IMG/VR virus record: IMGVR_UViG_3300028831_000281
Coordinates: 1-56,668 of that record
Direction: 5' to 3' (one strand)
DNA: 56,668 bases
DNA from: a virus
Position numbers and translations under genes: made by a program. Below are positions 8,434 through 16,521 of the stretch, piece after piece. Positions within the stretch are counted from its first letter, which is position 1, and every line of letters starts with the position of its first letter. The notes below the pieces were generated by a model that saw only the letters and a list, made by a program, of their open reading frames with translations, was not told the DNA's origin and searched no databases.

Positions 8434-8443
8434 CGTCTGCGGT

Positions 8444-8920
8444 TCAGTGGCCGCAGTGCCCGCAGTCGCCAAGCACCGCGTTGGGCAGCTCGGCCTGGGC
8501 CACCTCATCGAGGCGGTAACGGCGGGTGAATCCCCAGGTGTTGCTGGTGAGACTGGCATTGGCGTGCGCGCCGATCTCGCCGATCGTGCCGATCTCCCGG
8601 TGGCCGTTGGTCAGGGTGAGCAGCACGGGCAGGTGCCCGTTGGCGGCTGCGTCCACCAGAATCCGGCAGGTGTGCTCATCCAGGTGCGGGTGCACGTCCT
8701 GGAGCTGGTAGGCCAGGTCAGACAGCGCCGGCCAGTACAGCTTGAGCTGGGCCCGCAGGTGGGCGTTCAGGTAGCTGCCGTTGAGGGTGCCTTCCCAGGT
8801 GACATCGGTGAGCGGGCGGCGAAGTTCGCGAGCCGGGCGCTCGGCGGGCCGGCTCAGATCGGCATCCTGTTCGGCTTCCAGGTCGTTCATGGTTCCGTCT
8901 CCGTAATGCGTCTCAGCCAT
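8444..8920 (-). CDS. hypothetical protein (accessory island)
   Basis: Internal ATG (MAETHYGDG...) of ORF 8444..8986 directly after a promoter-leader cassette. 158 aa ending CGHCGH. Confidence 0.65.
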   Translation of the reverse strand: MAETHYGDGTMNDLEAEQDADLSRPAERPARELRRPLTDVTWEGTLNGSYLNAHLRAQLKLYWPALSDLAYQLQDVHPHLDEHTCRILVDAAANGHLPVLLTLTNGHREIGTIGEIGAHANASLTSNTWGFTRRYRLDEVAQAELPNAVLGDCGHCGH

Positions 8921-8986
8921 TTCGGGTCCTTCCGGGGAGGTCGTTCCTTGTACCGATACGGTACACCCCCGAATCCCGGGGGTCAA
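8921..8986 (-). promoter_or_regulatory. promoter + conserved leader cassette
   Basis: -35 TTGACC (8986-8981), 17-nt spacer, -10 TACCGT (8963-8958), CAAGGAACGACC, GGAAGGACCC, ATG at 8920. Confidence 0.7.
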
Positions 8987-9004
8987 GTCCGGGATTCGGG
9001 GGTG
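8964..9004 (-). terminator. 16-bp hairpin whose loop carries the -35 of the next promoter
   Basis: cacccccgaatcccgg (8964-8979) pairs with ccgggattcgggggtg (8989-9004). Loop gggtcaagt holds ggtcaa. Lies 7 nt past the stop of 9011..9274. Confidence 0.6.
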
Positions 9005-9010
9005 CCGGTT

Positions 9011-9274
9011 TCAGAACTGCGGGCCGTGCTCCAGGCCGCGCAGCGACATCTCGTAGGCCGACTCTGACTCGGCCTGCCGCCGCTGAACATCTTCCACCGT
9101 GAGCGCCAGGTGGGCGGCCAGCACGCGGGCCCCGTCGATGCTGTCCGGAACGTTAGACTGGTAGACCATCTGGGTGAGCATCCACGCGAGATCGAAGTCG
9201 AGGGCGTTCAGTTCCTTGAGTGCCTGGTCGATGAGGGCCAGGTTGTCCTGGTAGGTGTTCACGTGCTCGGTCAT
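9011..9274 (-). CDS. hypothetical protein (accessory island)
   Basis: Internal ATG (MTEHVNTYQ...) of ORF 9011..9358 after a cassette. 87 aa, acidic and helical. Confidence 0.65.
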   Translation of the reverse strand: MTEHVNTYQDNLALIDQALKELNALDFDLAWMLTQMVYQSNVPDSIDGARVLAAHLALTVEDVQRRQAESESAYEMSLRGLEHGPQF

Positions 9275-9340
9275 CTGCGGGTCCTTCCCGATCGGTCGTT
9301 CCTGGAGCCTCACGGTACACCCCTGACTATCCGGGGTCAA
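9275..9340 (-). promoter_or_regulatory. promoter + conserved leader cassette
   Basis: -35 TTGACC (9340-9335), 17-nt spacer, -10 TACCGT (9317-9312), CAGGAACGACC, GGAAGGACCC, ATG 9274. Confidence 0.7.
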
Positions 9341-9358
9341 CAACACCCGGCCTGCCAC

Positions 9359-9424
9359 TTGACCCCTAATCTCAGGGGGTGTACCGTGAGCAGGACAAGG
9401 GAACGACCACCACGGAGGACCCCG
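9359..9424 (+). promoter_or_regulatory. promoter + conserved leader cassette (divergent partner of 9275..9340)
   Basis: -35 TTGACC 9359-9364, 17-nt spacer, -10 TACCGT 9382-9387, GGGAACGACC, GGAGGACCCC, ATG 9425. The two -35 boxes are 18 bp apart. Confidence 0.7.
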
Positions 9425-10933
9425 ATGAACCCCCAGGACTTCAGCGCCACCGCCGGGCCCACCAAGGTCCAGCGCCTACTGGACTCCGCCACCGAGCGCG
9501 GATTGAGCGTCACCTATGACGGCAAGCCCAACGACGACCTGACCCGCAGCTACGCCTGGACGATTAAGAGCGGCGCCGAGCACGACCGGGATGCCCTGTG
9601 GCTGTTCTGGCACCCGGGCCCTAACGGCGGCTCCCTGGCCATCGACTACTACCGTCCGGAACGCGCTGCCGGCAAGAGCAACATCGAGCGCGTCACCCGC
9701 CGGCAGGCCCACCAGCAGATGCAGTGGATGCGCGAGACGCTGGAGCGCCACCAGGAGCGCGAGGCCGCCCGCGCTGAGGTCGAGGCCCACAACAACGCCC
9801 ACCCGGATGGCCCGGGGTGCACCGTGGAGCACCCCGAACTGACCCCCGCTGGCCGGTCGCTGCCCTGTGTGCTGCGCGGACCACACGCTGTCCACCAGGA
9901 CTCCGTGACTCGCAAGTGGACAGTCGGGGTGCCGGCTCCCGGTGTGGCTCAGCAGAGCCAAGAGCGCCGTCCGGAAATGATCAAGCCGGCCGTGGTGACC
10001 AACGCCAGCGACCTATCACCCGGAATGAAGATGACACTGCTCCGAGACACGCCACACAGCCCCCGGCTGACCACCAGGACCACCGTCAACGCCCTGGAGG
10101 CGCGCGGCTTGGCCGTGAGCATGGGCGATGGTTGGTGCGCCCTGACCGACCAGGGGCGCAAGGTGCGGGCCGCGCTCGAGGGCTACGCCCGCGTGTTGGG
10201 CCCCGTGGCTCCAGACGAGCATCTTGCCGCGTGCGGATGCCCTGAGCGCACCATCCAGGAAGAGGGGCACCGGGAGGGCTGCACCCTGCACGGTGCCGAC
10301 CTGGCACGCTTGGCGCAAATCCGGGCCGACGCCGAGGCCGCTGGGAACGAAGCGCTGGCCGTACAGATCACCCGTGAGAGGATCGCCATGGCCAAGAACG
10401 CGCCGGCCAGCCCGTGGCAGTACCCGGCGAACCCGCAGGACCCGAACTGGTTGCGCGCCGACCAGGTGATCCACCGCGCGGGCGAGATCCTCACCGTGGT
10501 GGCGGTGATCATCCATCAGGGCGTGTTGCGCAGCGTGGCAGTGTCCGTGAATGGCGGCTACGGCGGGAAGCTGCGCTGGTACGGCGACTACGCCGAGCCG
10601 ACCACGGGGCCCGTGTCGATGCTGTTCGACGACGAGTGCGGCCTGCCGGCTGATGAGCGCCGGCCGTGGCCGCGCAGCCTGGTGTCCGCCCATGACACGG
10701 TCCGGCGCGTTCTGCATGAGCAGCGGCTGGACGGGTGGGCGGCCGGCAAGGTGTACGAGGACGAGTCCCAGCCCGGTTACATCGTGGTGGAGGTTCCAGC
10801 GCTCCAGAATCCCGCCCGGCACCTGGCCCTGCTGGAGCGCTACGTGCCGTACGTGTGCAATGTCCGATCCCTGGGGGACAGTGAGGGCTGGACCGAAATC
10901 GCGATCGAGCCCACCGACACCCCGGAGGACTGA
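9425..10933 (+). CDS. hypothetical protein, 502 aa (accessory island)
   Basis: Internal ATG of ORF 9110..10933 after the cassette. Segment TTVNALEARGLAVSMGDGWCALTDQGRKV looks winged-helix-like. No family recognised. Confidence 0.65.
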   Translation: MNPQDFSATAGPTKVQRLLDSATERGLSVTYDGKPNDDLTRSYAWTIKSGAEHDRDALWLFWHPGPNGGSLAIDYYRPERAAGKSNIERVTRRQAHQQMQWMRETLERHQEREAARAEVEAHNNAHPDGPGCTVEHPELTPAGRSLPCVLRGPHAVHQDSVTRKWTVGVPAPGVAQQSQERRPEMIKPAVVTNASDLSPGMKMTLLRDTPHSPRLTTRTTVNALEARGLAVSMGDGWCALTDQGRKVRAALEGYARVLGPVAPDEHLAACGCPERTIQEEGHREGCTLHGADLARLAQIRADAEAAGNEALAVQITRERIAMAKNAPASPWQYPANPQDPNWLRADQVIHRAGEILTVVAVIIHQGVLRSVAVSVNGGYGGKLRWYGDYAEPTTGPVSMLFDDECGLPADERRPWPRSLVSAHDTVRRVLHEQRLDGWAAGKVYEDESQPGYIVVEVPALQNPARHLALLERYVPYVCNVRSLGDSEGWTEIAIEPTDTPED

Positions 10934-10936
10934 CCC

Positions 10937-11230
10937 ATGAACGTACCCCCCGAGGACTGGCAGAGCTGCCGGGCCTGCCGCGCTGACATCGTGTTCGGTC
11001 GCACCAGCCGAATCAGCAAGGGCAAGCCGGTGGTGATGCCGGTGGACGTGAAACCGGCTGACAACGGCACGGTGGCCCTGTCCAAGCAGGGCGGTGTCTA
11101 CTACGCGGGGGTGGTGCGCAAGAACCAAGCCGCCGGCATGCGCGATCGGGGCGTCGGCCTGCACGTTTCGCATTTCACGACGTGTCCGCAGGGTGCCCGG
11201 TTCCGCCGGTACTACCCGGACGCCGGCTGA
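10937..11230 (+). CDS. small zinc-ribbon-like protein
   Basis: ORF track. GGAGGA SD. CRAC ... HFTTCP Cys/His pattern. Confidence 0.65.
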   Translation: MNVPPEDWQSCRACRADIVFGRTSRISKGKPVVMPVDVKPADNGTVALSKQGGVYYAGVVRKNQAAGMRDRGVGLHVSHFTTCPQGARFRRYYPDAG

Positions 11231-11487
11231 TGATCGACCCCGACTATCTGGCCGACCTGCGCCGCCGCGCCACCGCCGACGCCGAGCAGCTCACCGTGGC
11301 CGAGCGCCACGAGCTGGCCACCCTGGCTCTCGGCCTGGGAAACGCCGCCCGCGCCACCGTCCGGGGCGAGTACCTCCAGCAGGCCCTGGACCTGCTCGGC
11401 GAGGCCGCGCCCACGCTGGCGCTGGAGCTGCGCCGCGTGCTCGCCGCCGCAGCGCTCTACCAGCCGGCCCGCCGCGACATCGCCTAG
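11230..11487 (+). CDS. hypothetical protein
   Basis: Internal ATG of ORF 11182..11487 overlapping the upstream stop (TGATG). 85 aa, Ala/Leu-rich. Confidence 0.55.
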   Translation: MIDPDYLADLRRRATADAEQLTVAERHELATLALGLGNAARATVRGEYLQQALDLLGEAAPTLALELRRVLAAAALYQPARRDIA

Positions 11488-11563
11488 ATGAGTTCCCCCG
11501 GGCGAGACACCCCCCACGGTCGGGACCTATGCTGCGCGCAGCGGAGGTAAGCCACCGTCCGAC

Positions 11564-11605
11564 CCCGGCCCAGCCGAGCGCGTTGGATCACTCCCGGCCC
11601 AGCCG
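11564..11605 (+). repeat. two 13-nt direct repeats (cccggcccagccg) upstream of the capsid gene
   Basis: Copies at 11564-11576 and 11593-11605 within the 163-nt non-coding region before ATG 11651. Confidence 0.6.
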
Positions 11606-11650
11606 GTCCACCCTCCGTTACATCACTGTGACGAGAGATGAGGACCCCCC

Positions 11651-13471
11651 ATGTCGCGGACATTTGACGCCGGCATTCTGGGCCGACTCGGCGAGGCAAC
11701 CTCCGAGGAGCTGGCCGCCGCCCTGTCGGCGATCCGCACCGACTTTTCGCACTTCGCCTCCCAGCCGGCCAGCCAGGACAACCTGAGCGCCGTGACCGAG
11801 CTGGAGTCTGCCGCCCAGAGCATCAAGGCCGAGCAGGCGAGTCGGGCGCAGCAGGCTGCCGACTACTCCGCGCGGCTGTCTTCGCTGGGCGCGCTGACCG
11901 ACAAGTCGGACGACAAGCCGGCCGAGCCTGACCCGCAGGTCCAGCAGGAGCCCCTCGAGCCGGGCCAGCCGGACAAGCGCGCCGAGCCCAACCAGCCGGC
12001 CCTGCCTGAGCCGGGCGAGGGCGACGGCGACAAGCCTTCCGGTGACGGCGACGACTCGGCGGTCACCGCCGCTGGCGCACCGCGTCGGCCGCTCGGTACC
12101 GGCGGGCACAAGCCGGCCGCGCGTCGGGCCGCCGCCATCCCCCGGGTGACCGTGCAGACCTACGCCAACCACGGCGTGGCGCACAGCCCGGCCGGTGAGC
12201 CGGTCGCGATGAGCGATGTGCTGCGGGCGTTCGAGGACCGGCGCCGGCTCAACCGGGCGGGCGGGGGCGGATACGAGCGCTACCCGATCGTGACCGCCGT
12301 GACCACTTTCCCGGAGGACCGTTTCCTGGCCCGCCAGGCCGACCCGGACCGCAACGACAACGTGGTCCGCAGGGCGGTGCGCGAGGCGGCCAGCATCCAC
12401 GCCCGGGACAACCTGAACCGTGAGCTGCGCATCCGCACCGGCCGGAGCGAGGACAGCGCGCTGGTGGCTGCCGGCCTGTGCGCCCCCGTCGAAACGATCT
12501 ATGACATCGACGTGGTGGGTGATCAGGACCGGCCGATCCGGGACAGCGCGGTGGTGCGGTTCGGCGCCGAGCGCGGCGGGGTGCAGCTTCGCCCCGACAT
12601 TTCCGGTGCCGGGCAGACCTTGGCCACCGGGGTGTGGACCACCACCCAGGATGAGGCCGACCCGATCGTCCCCAAGACCTGTGTGGAGATCGACTGCCCC
12701 GGGCTGGTCACCGCCGAGGTGGAGGCCCTCTACCAGTGCATGACCTGGTCGAACATGTCCACCCGGTTCGACCCGGAGGGCATGCAGGCCAACCTGGAGG
12801 CGCAGGGTGTGGCGCACGCGCGCTTCGCCGAGAACCGCCTGTTCACCCAGATTCAGACGGCCAGCAAGGATGTCTACTCGAGCCGGGTCCTGGGTGCCAC
12901 CAGGGACATTCTGGTCACCCTCGACCAGATGACCGCCTACCTGCGCAACCGCCACCGCCTGCGCGGTGCGATGCCGCTGCGCTGGGTGGCGCCGCTGTGG
13001 GCCCGCAACCTGATGCGCGCCGACATCACCCGGCAGATGGTCGGCGACGGTCTCCAGTCGCTGGCGGTCACGGACGCCGAGCTGGAGCGCTGGCTGGCCG
13101 AGCGCAACGTCAACACCACCTGGCACCTGGACGGCACCGACCCGGCGGACATCACCGGCCCGACGCCCGACGTGGTGGTGCCGGCGCAGTTCTACGCCAA
13201 CCTGGTGGACGAGTCGGCCGTGCCGGGATTCCCGGACGCCATCTCGACCCTGCTCTACCCGGAGGGCACCTGGCTGTACCTGGACGGCGGAACCCTGGAC
13301 CTGGGCGTGGTGCGCGACTCCACCCTCAACAGCCAGAACCGGTTCCAGACCTTCTCCGAGGAGTTCGCCTTCCCGCTGTTCAAGGGCGTGGAGTCGATCC
13401 ACCTGGTGATGCAGGTGCAGCCGACCGGCCAGTCCGCAGCAACCAGGGACACCAACGCCATCGTTGACTGA
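11651..13471 (+). CDS. major capsid protein with N-terminal scaffold/delta-like region
   Basis: 606 aa. Coiled-coil plus Pro/Glu/Asp-rich first ~170 aa, then a large capsid-type body (GLCAPVE.., LDLGVVRDSTLNSQNRFQTFSEEF). No separate scaffold gene. Strong hairpin downstream. Confidence 0.65.
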   Translation: MSRTFDAGILGRLGEATSEELAAALSAIRTDFSHFASQPASQDNLSAVTELESAAQSIKAEQASRAQQAADYSARLSSLGALTDKSDDKPAEPDPQVQQEPLEPGQPDKRAEPNQPALPEPGEGDGDKPSGDGDDSAVTAAGAPRRPLGTGGHKPAARRAAAIPRVTVQTYANHGVAHSPAGEPVAMSDVLRAFEDRRRLNRAGGGGYERYPIVTAVTTFPEDRFLARQADPDRNDNVVRRAVREAASIHARDNLNRELRIRTGRSEDSALVAAGLCAPVETIYDIDVVGDQDRPIRDSAVVRFGAERGGVQLRPDISGAGQTLATGVWTTTQDEADPIVPKTCVEIDCPGLVTAEVEALYQCMTWSNMSTRFDPEGMQANLEAQGVAHARFAENRLFTQIQTASKDVYSSRVLGATRDILVTLDQMTAYLRNRHRLRGAMPLRWVAPLWARNLMRADITRQMVGDGLQSLAVTDAELERWLAERNVNTTWHLDGTDPADITGPTPDVVVPAQFYANLVDESAVPGFPDAISTLLYPEGTWLYLDGGTLDLGVVRDSTLNSQNRFQTFSEEFAFPLFKGVESIHLVMQVQPTGQSAATRDTNAIVD

Positions 13472-13477
13472 CCGACT

Positions 13478-13513
13478 CCCTCCCCGGCGGTACTCGACCC
13501 CCGCCGGGGAGGG
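13478..13513 (+). terminator. GC-rich hairpin (attenuator/terminator-like)
   Basis: 13-bp stem ccctccccggcgg / ccgccggggaggg, 10-nt loop, 7 nt after the stop at 13471. Confidence 0.6.
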
Positions 13514-13536
13514 CCCACACGGGAGGAGGGCTGCAC

Positions 13537-14685
13537 TTGTTCAGCCCGATTGAGCCGGTCCACGCCGAGCGACCCACGACCGGCCTGGTGGCCACCGCGT
13601 TCACGCCGCGCGACGTGGCCGCCCGCTGGCAAGACGGCTTCGCATGGCGCCCCGAACGCTGCCCCACCGCACGCGGATTCGACCCCGTGTGCGGCCTGGA
13701 GGCCCCGTTCAGCCCGGAGGTGGGCGACGGCGACAACGGCCCCGCCTACCACCGGCCCACCGCGTTCCGGGTGGAGGAGGACTGCGGCACGCGCGGCAAC
13801 CCCGACCAGGACATGGTCACCCGGGTGCGCCGGCAGGCCGAGGCGATCTCCAGCTTCATGGTGGCCCGCGAACTTCAGAACGGCGCGATCACCCAGGCCG
13901 ACCCGTACACCGCGTTCGGGGCGTCGGGCGTTGTCAACGGCTACCTGGCCAGCCCGGACGCCGAGGTGGAGGCGGGCGCATGGGATCCGCTGTCGGCACT
14001 GGGTCGGATCGAGGAGGCCGCCCGGCAGACCGCGCTCGGCATGGACGTGTTCGTCCACATGCCGGTGCGCATGGTTCCGCTGGTGTATCCGTCGCTGGAG
14101 CAGCGCGGCAACCTGCTGTACACGGCGACCGGCGCCAAGGTGGTGGCCGACGCCGGCTACACGGGTGCCGGCCCGCTGTCGGCCGGCACGTCCGAGGTCC
14201 AGTCCGTGACGATCACGGGCGGGCCTTCGGGGGGCACCTGGACGCTCACTCACAACGGCGACACCACCGCGCCGCTGCCGGTGGGCGCGTCACCCGCACT
14301 GGTCCAGGACTCCCTGGAGGACCTGGACGGGGTGAACCCGGGCGATGTCACGGTGACCGGTTCGCCGGGCGCACACACGGTGACGTTCAGCGCCGACCAG
14401 GGCAACGTGCCGCAGATGACCGCAGACGGTTCCGGGCTGACCGGGGGAACCACGCCGGCCGTGGTGGTCGCCACCGTCACACCCGGGGTTGCGCCGACCG
14501 CGACGGCCGGGGACTGGATGTATGCCACCGGCCCGGTGCTGGTGCTGCTCGGCGAGATCCAGGTGACCCAGATCCCGGTGTGGTCGGAGAACCGCAACCT
14601 GCTGGTGGCGGAGCGGGTGATGGCCGCCGCGTTCGACCCGTGCAACCTTCACGCCATCGAAGTAGACATGCCGGCCGCCGCTTAG
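13537..14685 (+). CDS. HK97-fold-like capsid protein candidate (second capsid, vertex or decoration protein) with inserted display domain
   Basis: TTG after GGGAGGAGGG. C-terminal WSENRNLLVAERVMAAAF resembles the HK97-family signature W..N..LVA.RVEAE.AF. Has a ~99-aa insert (aa 219-317). Confidence 0.5.
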   Translation: MFSPIEPVHAERPTTGLVATAFTPRDVAARWQDGFAWRPERCPTARGFDPVCGLEAPFSPEVGDGDNGPAYHRPTAFRVEEDCGTRGNPDQDMVTRVRRQAEAISSFMVARELQNGAITQADPYTAFGASGVVNGYLASPDAEVEAGAWDPLSALGRIEEAARQTALGMDVFVHMPVRMVPLVYPSLEQRGNLLYTATGAKVVADAGYTGAGPLSAGTSEVQSVTITGGPSGGTWTLTHNGDTTAPLPVGASPALVQDSLEDLDGVNPGDVTVTGSPGAHTVTFSADQGNVPQMTADGSGLTGGTTPAVVVATVTPGVAPTATAGDWMYATGPVLVLLGEIQVTQIPVWSENRNLLVAERVMAAAFDPCNLHAIEVDMPAAA

Positions 14686-14707
14686 GCCCAACCGAGGAGG
14701 ATTCAAC

Positions 14708-15661
14708 ATGTGGGACGGCAGCGGTAGCCTTTTCGCTCTCGGCATCCGCCTGACCAAGCTTGACACGGTCGGGGCACCCCTGGCCGGATCGGACACCTGC
14801 TACCAGACCAACGGCCTGATCTCCATCGGGGTGGGCCTGGAGTTCCGGGACGCGCTCGAGGTGGAGCAGATCGGCGGAACGGGCAGCGCGTGCCTGTACT
14901 ACTTCGCCCCGCCGACACTCAAGCGGGGCACGATCTCTGATCTTCAGTTCTGCACCCCGGACCCGAACGTGTTGCAGTTCTGCCAGGGCGGCGACATCAT
15001 CGCCGGCCCGGCCGCTGTGGCCGAGGTGCAGACGCTGACGATCTCCGGGATTCCGACCGGCGGCACCTACACGCTGACGTTCGACGGCGAGACCACCACC
15101 CCGCTGGCTTTCGATGCCGCCGCTGCCGCCATCCAGGCCGCGCTGCTGGCGTTGGACAACCTGGACCCCGGATCGGTCACGGTGACCGGCACGGGCCCCT
15201 ACACCATCACCTTCACCACGGGTGCTGGCAACGTCCCGCAGGTTCTGGCGAACGGTTCCGGCCTGACCGGCGGCACCGACCCGGACGCCACGGTGACCAC
15301 GGCGACCCCAGGCAGCAACCTGACGGAGATCGGCTACGCGGCGCCGGAGGTGGGCACCGCCCCGGTCCCCAACGGCGTGGGTGTGGAGTTCTGGACCGCC
15401 GCGATCGCTGACGGCGCCTACGCGGCATCCTACCCCTACATCCAGTGGGTGTTGCCGCGCTGCTATCTGTCCCCTTCGGACAACTGGAAGGCGGAGGGAG
15501 AGAACCCGCTGCTGCCCGGCTTCTCCGGTTTCTCCAACCAGAACCCGAACTGGGGCGATGGGCCGCTTGATGACTGGCCCTATGAGTCGGGCCGCGTGTG
15601 GCAGTTCGCCCGGGTGACCGACCTGCCCGACCTGTCCACCGGCTACGTTACGGTTTCCTGA
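14708..15661 (+). CDS. virion structural protein, possible major tail (tube) protein, with paralogous display domain
   Basis: ATG after GAGGAGGA. 317 aa. Insert aa 105-202 is ~55% identical to that of 13537..14685. Hairpin follows. No other tube candidate lies before the chaperones. Confidence 0.45.
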   Translation: MWDGSGSLFALGIRLTKLDTVGAPLAGSDTCYQTNGLISIGVGLEFRDALEVEQIGGTGSACLYYFAPPTLKRGTISDLQFCTPDPNVLQFCQGGDIIAGPAAVAEVQTLTISGIPTGGTYTLTFDGETTTPLAFDAAAAAIQAALLALDNLDPGSVTVTGTGPYTITFTTGAGNVPQVLANGSGLTGGTDPDATVTTATPGSNLTEIGYAAPEVGTAPVPNGVGVEFWTAAIADGAYAASYPYIQWVLPRCYLSPSDNWKAEGENPLLPGFSGFSNQNPNWGDGPLDDWPYESGRVWQFARVTDLPDLSTGYVTVS

Positions 15662-15696
15662 GCTGCCCGGTCGGACGGTCCGGGCGGGGTGAGACG

Positions 15697-15735
15697 GGGC
15701 CGGCGCCGGGGATTCCGCCCTCCTGGCGCCGGCCC
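15697..15735 (+). terminator. GC-rich hairpin (attenuator/terminator-like)
   Basis: 11-bp stem gggccggcgcc / ggcgccggccc with 17-nt loop, between 15661 and 15753. Confidence 0.55.
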
Positions 15736-15752
15736 TGTGCGGAGGAGGGCGC

Positions 15753-16520
15753 ATGGCACCATCGGCCGTGTCTTCGGTGCTGTGCTCGCCGTGGGCCACT
15801 GTGGACGACGTGTCAGCCAACCAGCGCGCGCAGGTCTCAGCCCTGTCGGACGCCGAGCTGAACGCGCAACTGCTCATCGCCAGCGAGATCCTGTGGGCCC
15901 TGTCCGGCCGCCGCTGGTACGGCGGCGGGTGTGTGGAAACGGCCACGCTGCGCTCGGCGCCGCCGAACCCCGGCGAGGGAACCTGGCCCTACCATCGCAC
16001 CTGGGGAAACTGCGGGTGTTGGGCGTGGGGTGGCCCGGCGAACGGATGGATCGGCCAGCACATCTCCGCACCCATGGCGGTCCGGCTGCCGCGCTCGGCG
16101 GTCACGGCGGTCACGGCGGTCACCGTCAACGGCGACCCGTTCACCGAATACCGGCTGGTGCGGGCCGGCTGGCTGGAGCGCACGGACGGGCGCGGCTGGT
16201 CGGTGTGCGACGACTCCACCCAGATCACCTACGAGCACGGGGAGCCCCCGCCGCTGGCCGGCCTGACCGCCGCCGTGGAACTGGGTATCGAGCTGGCCAA
16301 GGCCGCGCTGAACGACAACTCGTGCCGGCTGCCGGTGCGCACCACCCAGGTCACCCGGCAGGGCGTGTCCATGACCGTGGTGGACCCTTCGGAGTTCCTG
16401 GACAAGGGTAAGGTGGGCCTGCCTGGAGTGGATCTGTGGCTGGCCGCCGTAAACCCCCAGGCCGCCCCGCAGTCCGCCGGGGTGTGGTCACCCGATATCC
16501 CGACGACGCTGCGGAGCTGA
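15753..16520 (+). CDS. head-to-tail adaptor candidate
   Basis: ORF track. N-terminus ATVDDVSANQRAQVSALSDAELNAQLLIASEILWALSGRRW resembles connector/adaptor proteins. Position supports it. Confidence 0.5.
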   Translation: MAPSAVSSVLCSPWATVDDVSANQRAQVSALSDAELNAQLLIASEILWALSGRRWYGGGCVETATLRSAPPNPGEGTWPYHRTWGNCGCWAWGGPANGWIGQHISAPMAVRLPRSAVTAVTAVTVNGDPFTEYRLVRAGWLERTDGRGWSVCDDSTQITYEHGEPPPLAGLTAAVELGIELAKAALNDNSCRLPVRTTQVTRQGVSMTVVDPSEFLDKGKVGLPGVDLWLAAVNPQAAPQSAGVWSPDIPTTLRS

Positions 16521-16521
16521 C

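Noticed and set aside
14191-15313. The paired similar segments in two structural genes considered as template/variable repeats of a diversity-generating retroelement.
   Set aside because: The identity is only ~55% at the protein level, with differences not confined to adenine-derived positions. No reverse transcriptase gene exists in the genome.
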